Shown here piece after piece: positions 53,463 to 61,117 of a DNA stretch of 64,000 bases. The stretch comes from Marispirochaeta sp. (lineage in GTDB: Bacteria > Spirochaetota > Spirochaetia > JC444 > Marispirochaetaceae). The stretch is from assembly GCA_963676835.2 (NCBI GenBank), contig CAXXFF010000001.1:288001-352000 (forward strand). The letters run 5' to 3'. Every line of letters begins with the position of its first letter. The stretch's first letter is position 1. The notes under the pieces are model-generated. The model was not told where the DNA came from. It saw nothing but the letters and a program-made list of their open reading frames with translations, and did not search any database. The translations under genes were made by a program, and so were the position numbers.

Positions 53463-54362
53463 CTAATACGGCGGTATCACTGTATGATCATCAATCGCAA
53501 ATGCACAAACAGGGCAGAACTCAACTTCAATCTTAGGAACGAGATATAGCTGCTCAATCATAGTCAACCGAGACAAAACTTTCCCTCCATTATTCCAGAA
53601 CATTTCCACTAACTTCTGCGCTACCTCTACATCAATAGTTTCCCCTATTTCCGCTTCCAACAGGCCAATGAGATGATTGCTGGTTTTTTCCAGATCACGT
53701 GTTCGATGTATTGGGTTAACTTTCTGATCCTTCCTCATCACCTTCCTGGTTATTTCAAGAAGATCAAATGCAGCAGAAAATCCTTTACCTGTCATAGACC
53801 GTATTTCGTTTAATGTATCAATAGAGGGATGGATTCTTTGAGCTCGATTATCTGCTATGCTCCCAAAGACCGACAGAGTACGCTTGGTAAAGATTCCTTC
53901 TACTTTGATCTCTTTCAACTCTTCAATATTCTGGAGTTGTGCTTGTAGCACTTCGAGTTCATCTGAATAACCTTCCCGTCGAATAGGTCCCCGAGGCATT
54001 ATTGTATTATATGGTGAATACTTCATAACCGCATCATTCAATGACTGGTCTTTGTTTACTTTTTTTATCTTAGGTAGTATATCGGATAAGATCGGATACT
54101 CATCCGATAGAACCTCTTTCTCTGCAATAATTGAAGAGACTTTCATCTGTTTAAGGTACTCAGGTAATTGCTGAAGGCTATTTATGATTGCCTTTTTCTT
54201 TTCATCAGCAATACTATTTTGTTTGTCAGCATATTCTATCTGCTTCTCAACTACCTTAACTTTTTCTTCAAATACACGCCGGATATTCCCGTATATATAT
54301 TCGATATATTGACCTTCTGTTCTCCCACAAATATAGCATTTTGTTTCGTTTTCAGTTTCCAT
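53463..54362 (-). CDS. hypothetical coiled-coil protein with terminal CxxC pairs
   Basis: CYICG near N-terminus, CPVC near C-terminus; AAGGAG RBS before ATG 54362. Confidence 0.7.
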   Translation of the reverse strand: METENETKCYICGRTEGQYIEYIYGNIRRVFEEKVKVVEKQIEYADKQNSIADEKKKAIINSLQQLPEYLKQMKVSSIIAEKEVLSDEYPILSDILPKIKKVNKDQSLNDAVMKYSPYNTIMPRGPIRREGYSDELEVLQAQLQNIEELKEIKVEGIFTKRTLSVFGSIADNRAQRIHPSIDTLNEIRSMTGKGFSAAFDLLEITRKVMRKDQKVNPIHRTRDLEKTSNHLIGLLEAEIGETIDVEVAQKLVEMFWNNGGKVLSRLTMIEQLYLVPKIEVEFCPVCAFAIDDHTVIPPY

Positions 54363-54372
54363 AGCGTTCTCC

Positions 54373-55524
54373 TTAAATAAATTGCAATCCATATTCATGA
54401 GGGTTTACACTCAGTTCCGGATCATCCTCTATTAAATTCATCCCTAGTTGCAGGTTATATAATGAAGTTAAAACACTCTTAGCTATATTCCTGTTTGTTG
54501 AACTTGTAAGTATTATCAAGCTTAAACGTAATGGTTCCAAAACCTTGATGGCAGTATAAAGCTCCTTTTCAGTGAGAATATCGGTGTTTTTATAGAAATC
54601 ACCCAAGACTTCCTTCTTGTTTATATCCAGATACCTACAAAGATCTTTACTGTCAGGAAACTCTTCAATATACAAATCATTATAAGCATGGTGGCGATCT
54701 GCTACATCCTCAAGACGTTCTTTCAATTTACGGTTCATGTCCATGAATACTTTTAGTCTTTCCTTGTTACCCTCAAAGTTCTTAATACCGGTATATGTAA
54801 TAATCCCGCACCTTATCCTTAAATTCAGATACCGATTGTAAGGAGGTAGTCCATGGTGGTAGTTTATGCCATAAAAATCGTAGGCAACCCCGCTATGGAA
54901 TCTTCTTTTACGGGAGGTAATATTAAGAATATTCATATCTGCCAGAATCTCATCTATACGCACTGAAACTGGTATAGGTTCCTTTCTTGGATCTAACGGA
55001 GGCAATGATTCACGCAGACACAATTTCAAAGCAGTATTCATGAGGGTTGAACGTGCTTCCTGGTTTTCAAATATGGCATTCTTCCGAAAACTTAGAAAGT
55101 TAAAATACTGCGCGATTAATGAGAAAAGTTTTTTTATTTGCTCATGCTGATTGAGTACATTATCAAGGAGATTTGGGTGCTCCGACAAATCATGAAGATC
55201 TCGCCACCATTGATCATCCATCATCTCAACAAAAGAGAAGTTCATATTATCAAGCGCTGTTTTTACCTTCTCTTCGGTAGATTCATGAGTACTCTTCATT
55301 TCACTACTATCTGAAAACGAAAGAGCATGAGCAAAAGATTCTAATAACTGTTCATATGATGGCGTAGAATTATCTGGTAAATCTTTTTTTAGATATTTTT
55401 GAACGAAAGGAACACCTATAGTTCCATTCTTCCATTGGCGAGCGAATCCTTTGATTTCTTCTACCGTGTAATAATGAAGTAATTTAGGATTCTCACAGAT
55501 TAGATTAAACAGCTGGACAGACAT
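54373..55524 (-). CDS. hypothetical protein
   Basis: 383-aa ORF, GGGGTG RBS; N-terminal segment resembles Glyoxalase_8-type helical domain. Confidence 0.7.
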   Translation of the reverse strand: MSVQLFNLICENPKLLHYYTVEEIKGFARQWKNGTIGVPFVQKYLKKDLPDNSTPSYEQLLESFAHALSFSDSSEMKSTHESTEEKVKTALDNMNFSFVEMMDDQWWRDLHDLSEHPNLLDNVLNQHEQIKKLFSLIAQYFNFLSFRKNAIFENQEARSTLMNTALKLCLRESLPPLDPRKEPIPVSVRIDEILADMNILNITSRKRRFHSGVAYDFYGINYHHGLPPYNRYLNLRIRCGIITYTGIKNFEGNKERLKVFMDMNRKLKERLEDVADRHHAYNDLYIEEFPDSKDLCRYLDINKKEVLGDFYKNTDILTEKELYTAIKVLEPLRLSLIILTSSTNRNIAKSVLTSLYNLQLGMNLIEDDPELSVNPHEYGLQFI

Positions 55525-55776
55525 AATTCACCCCTTAACTGATGCCTGTCTACCAGAGTAATAGGATAATTAGTATCTGTTAGATCGATAACTTTCTCTG
55601 TTTTATCTTAGCAGTCTTGAAGGGTCTCTCCCTTTGTGACAGGCAACACTCAGCATACTGCAAAAACTGAGCTTTAATAGTAACATTGCTTTCATGAATG
55701 AGCAAGTATCTACTGAATGTACCCCCCTGGCCAACTGCATCCATTAACTGGACTTTTCATGAGGCAGCATAATATG

Positions 55777-55785
55777 TGCTATAAT
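55777..55785 (+). promoter_or_regulatory. extended -10 promoter element
   Basis: TG-C-TATAAT about 25 nt before ATG 55810. Confidence 0.45.
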
Positions 55786-55809
55786 CCCCCCTGGTAATCA
55801 AAAAATAAA

Positions 55810-56877
55810 ATGAAATATCGGTTTATTGATTTTCGCAATTTTCACACTCTCACTCCACCCATAGGCAAGTTCCCACTTACTCGGTACCTTGATGAATACC
55901 TTCAGCAAATCAACGATGATCCAGGAAGTTCGCATGGTTTAATTGATGCGCTGGTACGACAGAATATAAAGACCAATAATTTGTCATGCGGTTCAGCGCG
56001 ATTATGTAAATCACCCATCAAAATCACTCAAGCAGCCTCGATAACAGATCCACGATGCAAAATGAGTGCGTATAATACTCCTCTTCCCAGTCATGCCCTA
56101 CTCCATACTGTCCAGATTTATGAGAGCGGATTAGTCTGGAAAACTATGGTTCCTCTGCAGATCCTATTGAAAGGCTGGGGCGATGCGAATAAAGGTCATC
56201 AGGGCTACGTACATGCTATCTCCCAAAACATGAATCAGATCCATGATCCATTTAACCCGAAGGAACTTAAGGCAGCAGACAAAGACAGTTATTACTATGT
56301 CGGGATTACAGGACGGAATTGGCTCACACGCTTACAAGAACACATCGGGGAAATACGCCGAGGAAGTAGGAAGACATTTCATAACGCCTGGCGAGAAAAC
56401 TTATCTATGACCAATGTGTTGTACAGTTCAACATTATTTGAAGTAAATCTGACATATGATGATGCTATGAACTGGGAAGAACGAAAGGTTGATCAAATTG
56501 CCTCCGACACGCAGGGATTAAATATGATACCCGGAGGATTTAAAGGATTGCGTGAGCTTCACAAATTAGGCATTACCAGCAAAGAAAAAATCTCTCTTGA
56601 TGAGCGAGAGACCGCTATAGCGGAGTACATACGAAGGTATCCCCGCAAAGGTATCCCACACCCACTCATGGCAGATCACTGGCAAGAGTACGAGTTCTAT
56701 CTCAATTACATCGAATCAAGGTCAAACACATTATCAGCTGATCAAGTACGTAAAATTAGAGAACTGTATAGCCTCGGCAAATCTGTACCGGAGATTGCAG
56801 AGGAAGTAGATGCGTTGAACGAACTGCAAGTAAAAAGAGTTATAAAAGGGATCACCTACAAAAGGGTTCAAGAGTAA
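55810..56877 (+). CDS. GIY-YIG-like endonuclease with C-terminal HTH
   Basis: GYVH...YYVGIT...RLQEH...WEE...LNMIPGG; LSADQVRKIRELY...PEIAEEV HTH. Confidence 0.65.
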   Translation: MKYRFIDFRNFHTLTPPIGKFPLTRYLDEYLQQINDDPGSSHGLIDALVRQNIKTNNLSCGSARLCKSPIKITQAASITDPRCKMSAYNTPLPSHALLHTVQIYESGLVWKTMVPLQILLKGWGDANKGHQGYVHAISQNMNQIHDPFNPKELKAADKDSYYYVGITGRNWLTRLQEHIGEIRRGSRKTFHNAWRENLSMTNVLYSSTLFEVNLTYDDAMNWEERKVDQIASDTQGLNMIPGGFKGLRELHKLGITSKEKISLDERETAIAEYIRRYPRKGIPHPLMADHWQEYEFYLNYIESRSNTLSADQVRKIRELYSLGKSVPEIAEEVDALNELQVKRVIKGITYKRVQE

Positions 56878-56879
56878 AC

Positions 56880-57177
56880 TCAATCTACCAAGAATCTGTA
56901 ACCTGCTGCTATTATAATATCAAGGTTATAGTATTTCTGCGTCCATCTGACTTTTCTCGTGCCCTCAGTTTGAACTTGTAAGAAATCCTTACAAGTTGCC
57001 CTCTTCCAGTTCCTTTTCATTATAGATGGTTCTCAGATGCAGCGTTATGTTCTGTGGAGTAGTGTCAAAAAGTTCGGCTATAGATTTCTGGGTCAGCCAA
57101 ACGGTTTCTCCATCAAACTGAACCTGGACTTCAACCAGGTTATCCGAGCTTTTAAATATTTTGATTTTGTTTTCCAT
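56880..57177 (-). pseudogene. truncated, frameshifted rhuM-family fragment
   Basis: ETVWLTQKSIAELF...ELEE then shifted frame ATCKDFLQVQTEG...YNLDIIIAAGYR, then stop; GGAGG RBS. Confidence 0.8.
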
Positions 57178-57357
57178 ACGGAGACCTCCTGTATGAATAA
57201 CCGAAGAATCCAGAGACTGCTTCATAACTCATATTGCAGCCTTTTCTCGCCTGATCCGCCCGGGTAGAACTGAGGCCGTTCAGTAATCGGCATTCTTAAT
57301 AAATCTGCTGCAGCAGGTTTGATCAGGCTGTCGCAGTCAAAAAAAGTGCTCTTTTAA

Positions 57358-57386
57358 TTGACAATCAGCCTCTGCGGACTTAATAT
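57358..57386 (+). promoter_or_regulatory. sigma70 promoter of ADP-ribosylglycohydrolase 1
   Basis: TTGACA-17bp-TAATAT; AAGGAGG RBS downstream. Confidence 0.7.
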
Positions 57387-57455
57387 TGTGAAGGACGTGA
57401 TTTGCCCTCCGGCTTGCAGCGTCCGAAAACAAATTGCTAAAAGGAGGAATCCAGC

Positions 57456-58478
57456 GTGATTCTACCCAATCAACCAAATAACGTTTCTCTCTATTCCCGT
57501 ATTAAAGGTGGTATCTTCGGCACCGCTATAGGCGATGCTTTAGGCGTACCGGTGGAGTTTCTCAAACGGAATGTAATTGCCCCTAATCCAGTTACCGGTA
57601 TGCGGGGATGGGGAACACACAACCAGCCTCCGGGAACCTGGTCCGACGATACGTCTATGGCCCTCTGCGTTCTTGAATCCATCAATAAAAAGGGATGGAG
57701 CATCGATGACCAGGCAGTGCGTTTTGTGCGCTGGCTGGGGAAGGCCCACCTCACCGCTCATGATGAAGTCTTTGATGCCGGCAGGGCTACCGCCCAGGCG
57801 ATAGAACGTATTTCCGACGGATGGGAGCCTCTGGAGGCGGGCTGCTTTGAGGAGGATTCAAACGGTAACGGATCCCTTATGCGGAACCTTCCCGGGGCTG
57901 TCTACTGCACAACTCTTCTCAGTGATGCTGAAACGGTACAGAATATTTCAGATTCATCGGCAATTACCCATGCACATGCCAGAAGCAGGCTTGGATGTGT
58001 AATTCATGCTTTCCTGGTAAGCGGACTGCTCAAGGGTATGCGAATCGATGAGGCGAATATTAATGCAGCGGAGAAGACAGAATCTGTATTGAGCACAAGT
58101 TCGCTTTTTGCCGACATGAGACAGGAGCTCCCTCGCTACCATTTCATCCTTCATGACAATCTTGAACTTGCAGACATTTCAGAAATAAAGGCTACAGGCT
58201 ATGTGGTCGACACCCTTGAAGCTGCGGTCTGGTGCCTGCTTACCAGTCAATCCTTTGAAGAATGTGTGCTTAAAGCGGTTAATTTGGGAGAGGATACCGA
58301 TACGGTCGGTGCTGTCGCCGGCGGGCTTGCGGGAATTTACTGGGGATACGAGAGCATCCCTTCTGAGTGGGTCGATGCTCTGGCGAAACAGGAGATGATC
58401 GGATCCATGACGGATGAGTTTAACACTGTTCTTGAGAGTTCGGGTGCCAGTTCCCTTACAGACGGGGGTATCAAATGA
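57456..58478 (+). CDS. ADP-ribosylglycohydrolase (DraG/ARH family)
   Basis: GDALG, WSDDT, GNGSLMR, THAH, GEDTDT. Confidence 0.93.
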   Translation: MILPNQPNNVSLYSRIKGGIFGTAIGDALGVPVEFLKRNVIAPNPVTGMRGWGTHNQPPGTWSDDTSMALCVLESINKKGWSIDDQAVRFVRWLGKAHLTAHDEVFDAGRATAQAIERISDGWEPLEAGCFEEDSNGNGSLMRNLPGAVYCTTLLSDAETVQNISDSSAITHAHARSRLGCVIHAFLVSGLLKGMRIDEANINAAEKTESVLSTSSLFADMRQELPRYHFILHDNLELADISEIKATGYVVDTLEAAVWCLLTSQSFEECVLKAVNLGEDTDTVGAVAGGLAGIYWGYESIPSEWVDALAKQEMIGSMTDEFNTVLESSGASSLTDGGIK

Positions 58479-58666
58479 GCGATGAACAGGAAAATAAAGG
58501 CTCTAAGGTATTTGCCCATATAGGGCCGTATGCATGCAGAAGACGGGATCCGCTCTTCGATATGCCGCGGAAAACACAACGGCTGATGAAGCTTGTAGAT
58601 GAAATTGTGGCCCAGGAGCTTGAGAAAAAGTTATCCGAATATAAAGCGGAAGCCCATAATGAGTGA
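58475..58666 (+). CDS. small hypothetical protein coupled to ARH1
   Basis: ATGA overlap, GGGGG RBS-like, helical C-terminus. Confidence 0.5.
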   Translation: MSDEQENKGSKVFAHIGPYACRRRDPLFDMPRKTQRLMKLVDEIVAQELEKKLSEYKAEAHNE

Positions 58667-58723
58667 TTTTGATGAATGCGACAAAAGCCGTCATCGACAT
58701 AGTTCAATTTAACCGTCTATTCC

Positions 58724-59818
58724 TTAACGGGCATAGCGTTTTACTGCCTGGTCTATCAGCTCGAATACTCTGCCGTCATCGGCCGATCCGGTCCTTCCGG
58801 AAAGGCCGGTGATCCAGGATTCGGGTAAGGCATTTTTTCCATGCAGCGCTCCGACTGCCATCCCGACAATTGCCGCAATGGTATCGTTATCCACCGTGTC
58901 GTTAACCGCTCTTACAATGGCTTCATCCGGGTCATGTCCGTACCTGGCGAGAATGAAAAGTACGCTGGGAACGGTCTCCAGGAGATATGCACCGGCGTAC
59001 CACCGGTTACATGCGTCGAGTACGGAGACACCTCTGTCTACCGCGGTTCGTACTTCTGTGTTGACGAAATCAGAAAGCCTGCCCTGGAAGCCTGAAAAAT
59101 AAGGGGACCGTGATGTGTAGGTTTTTTCAGTCTCCAGCTTCGATGCCAGTTCCACATACCGGTTAATCCACCAGTGAGCGGCCGGCGGTGCTTCCATGTA
59201 CAGCAACTCCCGCAGCATAAGCCCGAATGCGGCACAGGCGGATATTGAGGCTGAATCGTTATGGGTGACCATGGAACCCAGGGCTATATCGGCTATAAGC
59301 TCCTCCCCTCCCTTCAGCAGCGACGGCAGGATTAACGGGGCAACCCGCATGAGAGCGCCGTTTCCCGCGGATTCCGGGGCCGCTTCCTGCCAGGGCTTCC
59401 CCAGGGCGCGGGCCATCAGAAACTGTTTTACCGAGTTGCCGATGCCGAATATATGGCCACGCATAAATCTGTCTGAAATGTGTGAGGGATCTACCCTGCC
59501 GTCTGCAAGAATTTGTTCCAGGGCCCAAAAGCTTAACTGAGTATCGTCTGTTGGAAGGCCAATTGCTTTTCCGGCGGCATATCGGTTCGGGAGATAGCCG
59601 CGGATTTCTCCGTACCGGGATTTACGTGCGTCCGGGAGCATTCCTTCAGATGTGTTGCCGAGAGAGTCGCCTATGGCAAGGCCGCAGAGCATGCCGGAGA
59701 GGCGGTCAGTACGCAGCAGAGCATGTACTGGCATAATAGAACCGGTCAAATGTTGGTAGTGTTTGGCTCGAACAGCACCATTATCTATCAGTGTGGATAA
59801 TAATCGGGTATTTGTCAT
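58724..59818 (-). CDS. ADP-ribosylglycohydrolase (second, divergent subtype)
   Basis: GDSLG, PTDDT, GNGALMR, THND, VDNDT. Confidence 0.92.
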   Translation of the reverse strand: MTNTRLLSTLIDNGAVRAKHYQHLTGSIMPVHALLRTDRLSGMLCGLAIGDSLGNTSEGMLPDARKSRYGEIRGYLPNRYAAGKAIGLPTDDTQLSFWALEQILADGRVDPSHISDRFMRGHIFGIGNSVKQFLMARALGKPWQEAAPESAGNGALMRVAPLILPSLLKGGEELIADIALGSMVTHNDSASISACAAFGLMLRELLYMEAPPAAHWWINRYVELASKLETEKTYTSRSPYFSGFQGRLSDFVNTEVRTAVDRGVSVLDACNRWYAGAYLLETVPSVLFILARYGHDPDEAIVRAVNDTVDNDTIAAIVGMAVGALHGKNALPESWITGLSGRTGSADDGRVFELIDQAVKRYAR

Positions 59819-59819
59819 T

Positions 59820-60536
59820 CTATACTGTTCTGTGGCGCTTTTCCCACTCCAGAATAAAAATCAGTATCGAATAAACTTCTTTAACTTTAAAGGACAAGAA
59901 AATTTGGTCTCCATGCGCAATACCATTTCTCAATGGAATCAATTTATCCTTTATTTTAGCCAATTCTTTATCTTTACAAGAACAAAGGTACAAATTTATT
60001 TTATCCGAAAAGAGCAAACACTCTTGAATCGATATTTCTTCATTTCTTTTCTTTTTCTTTTCGAATGTTTTCAATATTTGTTTTTCTCGATCTTCACCCA
60101 TCTTCTTCAAACATTCAGTCATCTCGTTCTTTTCAATTTTCTGTATACACTTTGTAATCGTGTTCTCAAAAACAACGAAAAATGTAAACAGATAGGCTTT
60201 CATCAAAGATTTTTCCAAATCTGCAACTGTAACAATGTATCCGACTACAGAACTCTTCATCAAAAAAACAAAGCGTTGGCTTGATAATGATTTCAAAAGG
60301 TCGATGAATGGAGTATAAGCAGATAATAACTGTTTTAAGCTGATCGGGACTGCTTTACCTTCCAAAACATCGAAGTATTTCTCGATAGATCCATCGCTAT
60401 TCCTGATACCAATTACATCAAAATCTTTTCTTATTTTATCTTTTTCGAATGGCGGTGTTATCGTTTCCAACGATGATGCCAGGTATTGCGCCTGATAAAT
60501 GTTATCCAAGCTGTTCATTAAACTGTTCATTATCAC
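59820..60536 (-). CDS. CBS-like domain + HEPN (RxxxxH) protein
   Basis: FDVIGI and VVGYIVTVADL CBS-like strands; helical C-domain with FE...LRNGIAH. Confidence 0.6.
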   Translation of the reverse strand: MIMNSLMNSLDNIYQAQYLASSLETITPPFEKDKIRKDFDVIGIRNSDGSIEKYFDVLEGKAVPISLKQLLSAYTPFIDLLKSLSSQRFVFLMKSSVVGYIVTVADLEKSLMKAYLFTFFVVFENTITKCIQKIEKNEMTECLKKMGEDREKQILKTFEKKKKRNEEISIQECLLFSDKINLYLCSCKDKELAKIKDKLIPLRNGIAHGDQIFLSFKVKEVYSILIFILEWEKRHRTV

Positions 60537-60578
60537 CTTCCTGGTTCATATGCTGTACTATAACATAAAAGGATTTCA

Positions 60579-60971
60579 ATGATGTTATCGGAAACAGAAG
60601 CACTCCGCATGTACGCTGCTATGTTTAATACTCTTGATGAAAGCTGCCTTGAGCCCATTCTTCACGAAGACTTTCGTTTTTCTTCCCAGATGGTACTTGA
60701 AGAAATTTCTTCAAAAGAAGCATTTATTCACTATATCCGCGGGAAATTACAAACAATCCGGAACGCCAAAGCATCCGTATATGCCGAGATGGGAACAATC
60801 ACCTTCAACAAGGTCCCAAGACCATGTGTTCTGCTTGCGCAGGATTCCAGGGATAATCTCGTCGGTTTAGCTATTGCAGAGACTTCTGAGGGTCTTTTAC
60901 ACCGAATCGATCTCTGTATTGTACCGTCGCCGAAGGAAGCTGAACGAACCGGCAATTATCCGGAGAGGTAA
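60579..60971 (+). CDS. NTF2/SnoaL-like hypothetical protein
   Basis: YAAMFNTLD...LHEDFRFSS...KEAFIHY pattern; AAAGGA RBS. Confidence 0.6.
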   Translation: MMLSETEALRMYAAMFNTLDESCLEPILHEDFRFSSQMVLEEISSKEAFIHYIRGKLQTIRNAKASVYAEMGTITFNKVPRPCVLLAQDSRDNLVGLAIAETSEGLLHRIDLCIVPSPKEAERTGNYPER

Positions 60972-61117
60972 ATCAACTCAATGTCTTCACTCTTATTTAG
61001 TACCGCAAACAGTATCTCATGCTATGATAAATCTGCGATCTGTTTGTATTTGAATAAAAGTTACAGTACAATCATACCCATACATACAACAGGTTTCATT
61101 AAATAAAGGATGCATCT

